Origin: Planctomycetota bacterium
GTDB taxonomy: Bacteria > Planctomycetota > PLA2 > JAEUHO01
DNA length: 64,000 nucleotides
Direction of reading: 5' to 3'
NCBI GenBank assembly: GCA_965222115.1
Contig: CBDCTJ010000007.1
Location: 1,792,001 to 1,856,000 of the forward strand
Shown piece after piece: positions 8,823 to 16,861 of this stretch. The notes under the pieces were generated by a model, which saw only the letters and a list, made by a program, of their open reading frames with translations, was not told the DNA's origin and ran no database searches. A program made the translations under genes and the position numbers. Numbering within the stretch: position 1 is the stretch's first letter; every line of letters begins with the position of its first letter.

Positions 8823-9944
8823 CTATCGCAGTTGAATCTGATTGGCTCGTTCGATCACAAGCTGCTGGCGTCCCTTAAACAACGAGATCACGCCCGTGGC
8901 GCGAATGGGCCATGATTCCAGCTCCACACGACGAATCTGCTCCAGAAGCTCGGGACGTTTGAGGACAAGCGGAAACGAGCGCCGTTTTTCGTGGCCCAAA
9001 AAGATCAGCGTGCGCCCATTGCGCTTGGACACATGAATATTCGCCAAGTAGCCGCGCACGGTGGCCCTCTTTCCTACGAGCCCCGCAAGTTTCTCATTGG
9101 CTGATGCCGTTCCCAACGTAACGCGGTCCGGCGCGCCTTGTTGCGCCTCCCAAAGTTGACCCAGCCGCGCTCGCTTTGACCACCACGCGAGCCGCTCTTC
9201 GTAGTCGGGATAGTGTTCGGGTCCCGAAACGGACCAGATGCCGCGCTTGGCGGTACGCGCTTCGCGCTCCGCCGCGGAAAAGCGAGCATCGAATCGTTTG
9301 GAGCGTCCGTACTTGATGAAGTAGGGCGAGTGTCCCGCACGAATCAGGGCCTCGGCTAGTAGGAGGTCACCGTCAGGCCGCAGTAGGAATACGTGTCCGA
9401 GCCTGCGACCATAGGTGTCAAAGTCGCGCGACTCCGGCGTGTCTCGCTCCAATCGAATGTGTGTAATGGATTTGAGTAGCTCACGAACGAACGTGGCAGC
9501 CGCTTCGCCGGCGGGTGTGCCGAACTTTACCGGGTAGGGGTGCCCCGCGCGCATTTCCTTGGCGTAGGCGACAAAGCTCCTTGCGGCGGCGGCCCGATGA
9601 AACGGCTCTTTGAACGTCTCTTCGGTGTCCACACCAAGCACGCGGACGGACGGCTCGCCCTTCAGCCGAATCGTGTCGCCGTCCACCCCTGCATCACGCC
9701 CCAACGCGAAGCGACCAATCGTGAGCTTGCTGCCGGCCGTTGCCTTAGGGGCGCCCGGCTCCTTCTTGACCGCCACATCCGGCGGCGAGGCTACGGCAGG
9801 TCCTTCCTCGGTCCACCCAATCGGGGCGAACGCCATGAGAAGCAGGATGGCAATGCCCCATACGGGTTTCGAGACCGCAGGCGGTCGTGAGGGCATCGAT
9901 GGCGTGAAATGAGTGAAGATGCGCGGTCGGTTCATTGCGCGCAT
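8823..9944 (-). CDS. Secreted thermonuclease (SNase-like) family protein with C-terminal OB-fold-like domain
   Basis: VDGDTIRL, VRVLGVDTEE, DTYGRRLGHV, AEREARTAKRGIWS; signal peptide; start uncertain. Confidence 0.85.
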   Translation of the reverse strand: MRAMNRPRIFTHFTPSMPSRPPAVSKPVWGIAILLLMAFAPIGWTEEGPAVASPPDVAVKKEPGAPKATAGSKLTIGRFALGRDAGVDGDTIRLKGEPSVRVLGVDTEETFKEPFHRAAAARSFVAYAKEMRAGHPYPVKFGTPAGEAAATFVRELLKSITHIRLERDTPESRDFDTYGRRLGHVFLLRPDGDLLLAEALIRAGHSPYFIKYGRSKRFDARFSAAEREARTAKRGIWSVSGPEHYPDYEERLAWWSKRARLGQLWEAQQGAPDRVTLGTASANEKLAGLVGKRATVRGYLANIHVSKRNGRTLIFLGHEKRRSFPLVLKRPELLEQIRRVELESWPIRATGVISLFKGRQQLVIERANQIQLR

Positions 9945-10041
9945 GGTACTCGAAGCGAACTAGCCCGCATCGGCCGTGTGTCTCGACCTCAATTCGGCGA
10001 CGACGGTGAATCCCCAGGGCCGTTCCGGGTACGATGATGCG

Positions 10042-11889
10042 ATGCGCCTCAGGCTCCTCCCTCGAACCGTGCGACGCCTATCGTGGTCTGGGACACGCTG
10101 GCAAGGCCTTGCGCTCTGCGTGGCGGCGGTAGGACTTACATCGGCGATCGCCTGGGCACGTGTTGACGTCGAGGCGCGATCGGCGTCCGAGATCTACGAA
10201 CGCAAGGGCACAATTGCTGCATGCGTCACCTACGTGGCCGAGGAACTCAAGGCCCGCGTACAAAACACGGGTGGGAAGGCGCAATCCGAGCTGCTTCTGA
10301 TCGTGGACCCGGCCGCCTCCCTCTCAGACGACATTGCGGCGATGGCCGCGTCGCTACAGGAGGTGTGGCGCGTGGGCCCGCCCTCGCTACGCATAGGGGT
10401 TTACGGCGTAGGCAACGATACGTGGTCGGCTCCCACGCGCGTGCCGCCAACCGTGAAGAGCGCTCTTGAGGAAGCGCGCTTCATGAATGTGGAGGGCATC
10501 AAGAATCTCCACGCGGCCATCCGCGATGCCGTGGAGCAACTCGGGGAGCCGCGTGACGACATCATTCGCAGCCTCCTGGTGATCTCGGATCGCAGCGCGG
10601 AGTGCGAGGACAATGTTGAGGAGACGCGCGAAGCCTTGTTGGACGCGGGCGTCAGCTTCTATTGCATCGCGCCCGAGTCTGGGTTCGAGCGTACGTGGGT
10701 GCAGGCGTTCAAAGCACGCGGCGACTCGAAACAGGGCGTTACGGAGCGATTCAATCCCATGCCCAAAAAGGCTGAGGACGGCGCGCTCTTCTACGGGAGC
10801 GAGGTCGCATTTGGTCTGGTGCCCTACCGCTGGGAATTCCGATTCGCGCAGACCGACTTTGTGTGGGTACGTCCACCTGCCTATCCCGTTCCCTCCGGCT
10901 TTGGGTATTGGAGTCTGGCCACGCTTTGTCATGCCACCGGCGGACGTTATTTCATCTATGACTTTGGCATCCCCGCCGCGAGCAAGGCGCGCACCGACAA
11001 GAAAAAGAAGCGCAAGGAACTCTACAACTATGCGCGGCTGTCCCTGTTGACGCCCGACCTTCGGGCTCGTCGTCAAGTGCTCAAGTCACTCAGCAAGGAC
11101 TGGCGGGCCACATCGATCGTTCGCATTTGGGAACGCCTTGCCAACGAGTCGGTGCCTATTCTTCAAGAGCGCGGCACGTTGGAAGCGCGTGGTTCCACGC
11201 TTGTACCTCGACCTGCCCGCGCCGTAAGGGCGTCCGCGACGCCGGTCACCTGGTACACCGACATGAAGGATGTGCGGGCCGCCATGAAGCTTGCTCGCGA
11301 ACGGATCACCGCCCTAGAGAACGTGTTGAAGTCGTGGCGCACTGCCAATGCCAAAGAGCGCCCTGCCGCAAACCGAAGAGATGGCTTCTCGGAGCGACTT
11401 GAAGCTGATTTCCAGTTGCTGGGCGTGCAGTTGCGCAAGCTCCGCTTTCACTGGGGCGAAGTCATGGCGGCGCTCAAGAGCATTCGCAGTTTGGATGTGA
11501 GCTATCGCCGCGTTCGTCTACTGCCCAAGGTGCTTCTCGTGGGTGTGGGACCTCCTGCATTGAAAATTGATCTGGAGGACAAGGAGCGCAATGCCCGCTT
11601 CGCTGAGCTCTGCCTGAGTATGCAGAAAATGAGCGACCAGTTCGAAGGCACGCCGTGGTCGCTTGTGCTTAACAAAGGAAGCACGCTGTCGTTTATCAAA
11701 GACGTTCATGTGATCGAAGACGAAGCGCGAAACAAGTCATCACGCACGCGGTCCGAAAAGGACGGTTCCGGCAACGGCAAGAAGAAGAAAGATAAGAACA
11801 AGAAGAAGAAAAAGAAGAGGCCATCAGCACCTCCGCCACCAGGACCTCGTCCCGGCAGTGGGTCCGGTGGCCCCACGAGCGGCGGCTAA
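10042..11889 (+). CDS. Secreted protein with degenerate vWA-like domain and Lys/Pro-rich tail
   Basis: Signal peptide; LLIVDPAASL (degenerate DxSxS), SLLVISD, LCHATGGRY; poly-Lys/poly-Pro C-terminus. Confidence 0.7.
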   Translation: MRLRLLPRTVRRLSWSGTRWQGLALCVAAVGLTSAIAWARVDVEARSASEIYERKGTIAACVTYVAEELKARVQNTGGKAQSELLLIVDPAASLSDDIAAMAASLQEVWRVGPPSLRIGVYGVGNDTWSAPTRVPPTVKSALEEARFMNVEGIKNLHAAIRDAVEQLGEPRDDIIRSLLVISDRSAECEDNVEETREALLDAGVSFYCIAPESGFERTWVQAFKARGDSKQGVTERFNPMPKKAEDGALFYGSEVAFGLVPYRWEFRFAQTDFVWVRPPAYPVPSGFGYWSLATLCHATGGRYFIYDFGIPAASKARTDKKKKRKELYNYARLSLLTPDLRARRQVLKSLSKDWRATSIVRIWERLANESVPILQERGTLEARGSTLVPRPARAVRASATPVTWYTDMKDVRAAMKLARERITALENVLKSWRTANAKERPAANRRDGFSERLEADFQLLGVQLRKLRFHWGEVMAALKSIRSLDVSYRRVRLLPKVLLVGVGPPALKIDLEDKERNARFAELCLSMQKMSDQFEGTPWSLVLNKGSTLSFIKDVHVIEDEARNKSSRTRSEKDGSGNGKKKKDKNKKKKKKRPSAPPPPGPRPGSGSGGPTSGG

Positions 11890-11911
11890 CCCGATCTAGG
11901 TGTTCGTGCTT

Positions 11912-11941
11912 GTTTACATTCGCTGGCGTTTACATTCGCTG
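11912..11941. repeat. Direct repeat GTTTACATTCGCTG x2, 16-nt period
   Basis: Copies at 11912-11925 and 11928-11941. Confidence 0.85.
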
Positions 11942-12008
11942 ACAATTGAGCGGGGGCGCGTGAATCGAATCGCCGTCCCCTCCCCCATCTGAGTACTCGC
12001 CGATCCGC

Positions 12009-12044
12009 AAATGAAAAGAGCGCACACCACCTGGCGCGCGCTCT
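12009..12044 (-). terminator. Intrinsic terminator of Cys-rich lipoprotein A
   Basis: Minus-strand AGAGCGCGCGCC-AGGT-GGTGTGCGCTCT followed by TTTCATTT. Confidence 0.75.
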
Positions 12045-12126
12045 CTTGCAGTCGTTGCATTACGTCCCGAGCGACCCCAGTCGCTCGACAGCAACGCGTG
12101 TGGCCGATTCGAATACCGGCTTGACG

Positions 12127-12576
12127 TTACTTGAGATCGCCTTCAACGCCGTTGGTGGCGGGCTGCGTCTCGGGCACGGCTTCCTCAGCGGGGGGCGCGC
12201 CTTCGGGCATAGGCATTTCCGTGACGGCGCCATCACCCGTGTAAGGAACGATCACGCCGGGATCGGCGTAGGGCATGGACATGCCGGGGTCCATGTAGCC
12301 GCCGCAAGGTGGGGGTGCGCAGGGCGACACCATCGGCATGGGAGCGGGTGCGCACGGTGAGACCATGGGCGCAGGTGCACATGGCGCTACGACGGGCGCA
12401 GGCTCACATGTGACGCACGGTGCAGGTGCTGGTGCCGGGGTGGGTGCAGGCGCAGGGCAGCACTTGGGTTGGCAAGGCTTGCAGGACGGACAACCAAATC
12501 CGCCTTTGCATCCGGCGAGCAGGGAAAGACCAATAACGGCAGCCCCGATCACCAGCATGGATCGAAATGTGTTCAT
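12127..12576 (-). CDS. Cys/Pro-rich lipoprotein A (149 aa)
   Basis: GAGGGAG RBS; lipobox LAGC; GCPSCKPCQPKCC then PAPA and (V/M)SPCAP repeats; acidic tail. Confidence 0.85.
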   Translation of the reverse strand: MNTFRSMLVIGAAVIGLSLLAGCKGGFGCPSCKPCQPKCCPAPAPTPAPAPAPCVTCEPAPVVAPCAPAPMVSPCAPAPMPMVSPCAPPPCGGYMDPGMSMPYADPGVIVPYTGDGAVTEMPMPEGAPPAEEAVPETQPATNGVEGDLK

Positions 12577-12700
12577 GATGATTCTCCCTCGTCAGTCGTC
12601 TGCTCGACTGGTGACTAGCGGGCGCAGGAGCCGCCACCATCTGTGGCCAACGCTCCTCTGAAATGAATGGCCCCTCGTAAAGAGGATCCCGCCCGCTGAA

Positions 12701-12728
12701 ATGCTAATGACACGCCCCCGGCGCGCAA
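12701..12728 (-). promoter_or_regulatory. Putative sigma70 promoter of lipoprotein A
   Basis: TTGCGC-N16-TAGCAT on minus strand, just downstream of the terminator of gene B. Confidence 0.45.
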
Positions 12729-12772
12729 GTCGGTACGCAGCAACTCATGAACTTCTCCGCTGCGGTAGGCAC

Positions 12773-12807
12773 AAAAAAACGGACGGGAGCAAGAATGCTC
12801 CCGTCCG
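12773..12807 (-). terminator. Intrinsic terminator of Cys-rich lipoprotein B
   Basis: Perfect stem CGGACGGGAGCA/TGCTCCCGTCCG followed by T7 on minus strand. Confidence 0.9.
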
Positions 12808-12912
12808 AGTTTGGTCAGCAGAAACGCAGAACGTAGTGGTCGCCCTCCCATGATTCGGGTAGGCGGGGTACGACGGTCTGCGGCTTTACTTTACGACTTC
12901 AAGCTGATTTGC

Positions 12913-13299
12913 TTAGCCGCAGGCCTTGCCACCAGCGCCGCACGCCATGGCGGGTGCGGGGGAGCTCATGGGGGCGCCCATTGCGGGGGCACCCATCATC
13001 GGTGCGGGTGAGGAGTAGACGGGGCCACTCGAGTACGTGGGTGCGGGCATAGCCGAACCAGCGTAGGGATCGCAGGGCGAAACAGGTGCACAGGGCGAAA
13101 CGACCGGTGCCGGTGCTGTCACGACCGGAGCGGGCGCGGGTGCGGGCGCCGGTGCGGCGGGCTTGCAGCAGGAGTCGCAAGAGTCGCAACAGCTATTGCA
13201 GCCGAAGCCGGGGAGTCCAGGAAGAAGACCACAGCCCGTCATGAAGCTGCAGCCTGCGACGATGACGGCAAAGGTCATCAATGTACGAAGCTTGGTCAT
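12913..13299 (-). CDS. Cys/Pro-rich lipoprotein B (128 aa)
   Basis: Start ATG 13299; lipobox MTGC; GLLPGLPGFGCNSCCDSCDSCCK, PAPA/VSPCAP repeats, ends MACGAGGKACG. Confidence 0.85.
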   Translation of the reverse strand: MTKLRTLMTFAVIVAGCSFMTGCGLLPGLPGFGCNSCCDSCDSCCKPAAPAPAPAPAPVVTAPAPVVSPCAPVSPCDPYAGSAMPAPTYSSGPVYSSPAPMMGAPAMGAPMSSPAPAMACGAGGKACG

Positions 13300-13837
13300 T
13301 TTCTTTGCTTTCCGGCCTTCTGGTGCAACGGGCAATCAACGTGACAAACCGTGCGCGTGGCCTATTTGAAACTATCTGACTCTTTGAATGTTTGGTTTTG
13401 AACGTTTCGCGTTCCTAAACGCGGAACTTGACGACCGGTGGAAGATCGCCCCAATGACAAAGGGGCGCCATCTCGCGTCCGACACGTACCGCCCTAGCAT
13501 GGGCGCCGCTATCGACTGCCAGACTTGTTCCAACGATCACCTGGCTAGAACATTCGGCGGCGCATGGGCGATTCTGTACCGCCCTCCGGAAGTACACCCC
13601 GCACATCGCGCATACGCGGCATGGGGGGAGCTCACGGCCTCCGAACTCCTAGTCGCCCCAGATCTTAGCCGGCCCGCCCGAGCCGCAACGGAATTCTTGC
13701 CCAATTTGTGCTGTAGATCTCGAATTTGCTATGTCGGATTCCAATGCCGATTCTCTCGGAGACGCCTCACACATACTCCACACAAATCCATGACGAAATG
13801 AATCCTGCGAGATTCACAGTAACGTCGAACAAGCCCC

Positions 13838-13879
13838 AAAAATGAAGAACGACGGCCGAGCGCAATGGCCCAACCGTCG
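13838..13879 (-). terminator. Intrinsic terminator of Cys-rich lipoprotein C
   Basis: Minus-strand CGACGGTTGGGC-CATTGC-GCTCGGCCGTCG (12 bp including G-U pairs) then TTCTTCATTTTT. Confidence 0.7.
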
Positions 13880-13947
13880 AACGAAAGAGAAACGCCGATT
13901 GTGGGGCGAAAGCCCCCGCACTGCGTCATCTTGTTGTTTGATTGCTT

Positions 13948-14112
13948 CTAGCAGCCGCAGGGGTTGCAGCAAGAAGTCGGAGCGGGGGCGCAGCAGGGAT
14001 CGCAGCTATTGCAGCAACCGCCACCAAGACCAGGCAACAAGCCACAGCCGCTCATCATGATTGCGCCCAACGAAAGAACGCTGAGCATTACGAAAGTACG
14101 TGCCTTACGCAT
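13948..14112 (-). CDS. Small Cys-rich lipoprotein C (54 aa, not in ORF track)
   Basis: Manual translation MRKARTFVMLSVLSLGAIMMSGCGLLPGLGGGCCNSCDPCCAPAPTSCCNPCGC*; GGGAG RBS; lipobox MSGC; shares GCGLLPGL with gene B. Confidence 0.85.
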   Translation of the reverse strand: MRKARTFVMLSVLSLGAIMMSGCGLLPGLGGGCCNSCDPCCAPAPTSCCNPCGC

Positions 14113-14239
14113 AGTGTTTCCAATCTCCCTTGAGGACTGCTTTCAGGTGCGCACGCGTCCGGGGCACCCTTCGCGAAAACCGCCCTTCCCAATTGGGTGT
14201 TGTTTTTGATCCCAGCGAGAACTTCCCGCCGGGACGCGG

Positions 14240-14268
14240 AATATAGACGGCGTGTCCAAAATCGGCAA
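14240..14268 (-). promoter_or_regulatory. Putative sigma70 promoter of lipoprotein C
   Basis: TTGCCG-N17-TATATT on minus strand. Confidence 0.65.
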
Positions 14269-14533
14269 CGACCGTCTGGCGTTTCCTATCGCCGAGGCTG
14301 ATGCCAGCCTTGACCGATATTCGCGCAAAGTGAGGCTCTTCCATGCCTCGCAATCCCTATGGAAGGGTTTGTTTGTACTGAATTCCGGCGACGTTAGGAG
14401 CGCGTATCGTACTCAGCCGGTTCTTGGCCCCGCAGAAAATCGGCCCGTTGTCTCTGAGGGTGCCAATGGAGAAGGCGGCGCAGAATGCCGCTAAGGCGAA
14501 TCGACTACTTACACCCGCTGCGCCCGTTTTGCT

Positions 14534-14662
14534 CTACTTGCATCCACATTTCGGTGCATCGCATGGGTCCTGGCAGAGGCAAGAACAGCCCGCTACGGTG
14601 CCGGCAAGGAATACGCAAGCGATCAGGGCAAGTGCAAACCGGCGAACGACGGTGAGTGACAT
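14534..14662 (-). CDS. Small Cys-rich lipoprotein D (42 aa, not in ORF track)
   Basis: Manual translation MSLTVVRRFALALIACVFLAGTVAGCSCLCQDPCDAPKCGCK*; AGGAGG RBS; lipobox VAGC; TATACT -10-like box at 14696-14701. Confidence 0.8.
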   Translation of the reverse strand: MSLTVVRRFALALIACVFLAGTVAGCSCLCQDPCDAPKCGCK

Positions 14663-14789
14663 GGGAACCCTCCTAGAGATTGGCGATGCAGGCCGAGTAT
14701 AGGGGGTTCGCCCTGAAGCCCGCGCTTGATTTGATTCAAATCACGTAAAGATCGTGCAGCGCTTGACGGTTTCTTGCTCGTCGAGGTGC

Positions 14790-14826
14790 AAAAAAGACGA
14801 GACACACCCCACAAGGGATGTGTCCC
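14790..14826 (-). terminator. Intrinsic terminator of Cys-rich lipoprotein E
   Basis: Minus-strand GGGACACATCCC-TTGT-GGGGTGTGTCTC then GTCTTTTTT. Confidence 0.8.
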
Positions 14827-14948
14827 AAAGTGGTTGCTGCCGCGCGACTCGCACCTCAAGGGCGCTGATATGCCAAGGGCATCCGGATACGCCAAAGGCA
14901 TTAACGTCGCGCTAGCAGCCGAATTTAGCAGTTTGAGGCTGGTTTGCG

Positions 14949-15170
14949 TTACCCGCCGCAGCTACTGCCACAGCTTCCGCCACCGCAGCTCTTGCCGCTG
15001 TCGCTTCCACCGTTCCATCCGAGACCACCGCTTGCGCCACCGCAGCAGGGGCTCTCGTAGACGGCTGTGCAGCTCTTGTCACAGCAAGAGTTGCAGTTGT
15101 TGAAGAGGGAACAACCCCCCACGAAGCTGGCTGCGCCGAGCAGGGCCAGCACGAAAAATACCTTGCGCAT
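14949..15170 (-). CDS. Small Cys/Gly-rich lipoprotein E (73 aa)
   Basis: GGGAGG RBS; MRKVFFVLALLGAASFVGGC lipobox; NNCNSCCDKSC, SPCC, KSCGGGSCGSSCGG. Confidence 0.85.
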   Translation of the reverse strand: MRKVFFVLALLGAASFVGGCSLFNNCNSCCDKSCTAVYESPCCGGASGGLGWNGGSDSGKSCGGGSCGSSCGG

Positions 15171-15374
15171 TGAAAGCTTCCTCCCTGTGGGCGGAGACAG
15201 CGCTAGCGTCACCCTGCCCGGAAACGTTGAACTATTATTGCGAAGGAAATGTGAAGGGGCAAGGCCCCAGACACCCGCTTCGCGCAATCTAGATCAATTT
15301 CTAGACCTCGATTGCATCACGCCCTATCGACGCCCGGCGAGGAATCTAGAAGCTGCATTCCATTCGCGCCGAGT

Positions 15375-15392
15375 TTGTCATCGCTTTGTCAC
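15375..15392. promoter_or_regulatory. OmpR/PhoB-type direct repeat (pho-box-like)
   Basis: TTGTCATCGCTTTGTCAC: TTGTCA repeated at 11-nt spacing between divergent gene E and purD. Confidence 0.35.
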
Positions 15393-15484
15393 GCGAGCGC
15401 GATGGTCTTGCACCCCGGTCAAACTGTATGCATCTCCTGCCGTCCCGCACTATGGCGGCGCTGCGCAGCGCTTGGAGGATCCAC

Positions 15485-16780
15485 ATGAAAGTGCTTGTCA
15501 TTGGTAGTGGGGGGCGCGAGCACGCGTTGGTCGTCGCGCTATCGCGTTCACCGTCTGTGAAACGCGTGTTTTGTGCGCCCGGAAATGGCGGCATGATCGG
15601 CGACGCAACACCGGTACCTGAGATTCCAGTTCACGACGGCGAGGGCATCGTGGCGTTCGCGAAACGGGAGACAATTGATCTTGCGGTGATCGGCCCCGAA
15701 GCGCCCCTTGTTGCGGGGCTTGCGGACTTGCTGCGTGACGAGGGCATCGCGGTGTTTGGGCCTGGGCGAAGTGGCGCTCGCCTCGAGGGCAGCAAGGTGT
15801 TCGCCAAGGAATTGATGGCCAAACACGACATTCCAACGGCCTCGTACCACGCCTTTACCCAAGTGGCCGAGGCGCTCGATTATGTGCGCGGCAACAACTA
15901 CTACCCGATTGTGATCAAGGTCGATGGACTCGCGGCCGGCAAAGGCGTGGTGATTTGCGAAGACGAGCCGGCGGCAACCAAAGCGCTGCACGAACTCATG
16001 ACCGAGAAACGATTTGGTGAAGCCGGCGATCGCATTGTGATCGAGGAGTTCTTGCGCGGCGAAGAGGTGTCTGTGCACGCCATCACCGATGGATCCACGC
16101 TCTTCCTCCTGCCTTCCGCTCAGGATCACAAGCAGATTGGTGAGGGTGATACTGGACCCAACACGGGCGGCATGGGCGCCTACAGTCCAACGCCTTTGGT
16201 TGCCGGACCTGTTATGGACAAGGTCGTTTCATCGGTCTTTGTGCCGATTCTTCATGCGTTACGAATGGAGCGCGTTGAATACCGCGGCGTAATTTTTGCT
16301 GGCCTCATGATGACGCCAGGCGGTCCACGCGTACTAGAGTTCAACTGCCGGTTCGGTGATCCGGAAGCGCAGGTCATGCTTCCACGGCTCAAGAATGATT
16401 TGGGTCTTGTACTTAAGGCTGCTGCCGACGGAAAACTTGATGACAATGACGCCTTGCGACCATCCATTGACAATCAATCATGCATGGGCGTGGTCATGGC
16501 ATCGGGCGGCTATCCCAGCAACTACCGCACGGGCAAGGTCATTTCCGGCGTAGAAACAGCCGACGCCATGGATGGCGTCACGGTCTATCACGCCGGAACG
16601 CGGCTACGCGGAGACGACTTGGTGACAGCGGGTGGACGCGTGCTCTGCGTGACGGCATCGGGCGAAGATCTTGCCGAGGCCCGCGACCGCGCGTATCGCG
16701 CCGTAGACGCCATTGAGTTCGACGGTGCCTACGCCCGCCGGGACATCGGCCATCGAGCGCTGGGAACTACGGCGAGCTAA
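15485..16780 (+). CDS. purD: Phosphoribosylamine--glycine ligase
   Basis: MKVLVIGSGGREHAL, APGNGG, GPEAPL, LEGSKVFAK, GLAAGKGV, QDHK, GPNTGGMGAYSP, EFNCRFGDPE. Confidence 0.98.
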   Translation: MKVLVIGSGGREHALVVALSRSPSVKRVFCAPGNGGMIGDATPVPEIPVHDGEGIVAFAKRETIDLAVIGPEAPLVAGLADLLRDEGIAVFGPGRSGARLEGSKVFAKELMAKHDIPTASYHAFTQVAEALDYVRGNNYYPIVIKVDGLAAGKGVVICEDEPAATKALHELMTEKRFGEAGDRIVIEEFLRGEEVSVHAITDGSTLFLLPSAQDHKQIGEGDTGPNTGGMGAYSPTPLVAGPVMDKVVSSVFVPILHALRMERVEYRGVIFAGLMMTPGGPRVLEFNCRFGDPEAQVMLPRLKNDLGLVLKAAADGKLDDNDALRPSIDNQSCMGVVMASGGYPSNYRTGKVISGVETADAMDGVTVYHAGTRLRGDDLVTAGGRVLCVTASGEDLAEARDRAYRAVDAIEFDGAYARRDIGHRALGTTAS

Positions 16781-16861
16781 CCGTGAGTCGAAACGTAACA
16801 CGCGCCGTGTGTCGGACGTTTGAATGTGCAGGTATGCTGTTTCAAGGACCACGGAGAACCC

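Noticed and set aside
11776-11820. AAG-rich run as a contingency repeat
   Set aside because: It encodes an in-frame poly-Lys tract with mixed codons
13942-14702. Plus-strand ORFs 13942-14133, 13964-14209 and 14424-14702
   Set aside because: Antisense to the small lipoprotein genes C and D, which have RBSs, lipoboxes and paralogy
6390-15170. Radical SAM RiPP cluster with ArsS modifying the Cys-rich peptides (both ArsS and peptide E contain GSSCGG at the C-terminus)
   Set aside because: The enzyme is a clear ArsS-family protein with its usual glycosyltransferase partners and no RRE domain, and the peptides have lipoprotein signals; the shared hexamer is low complexity
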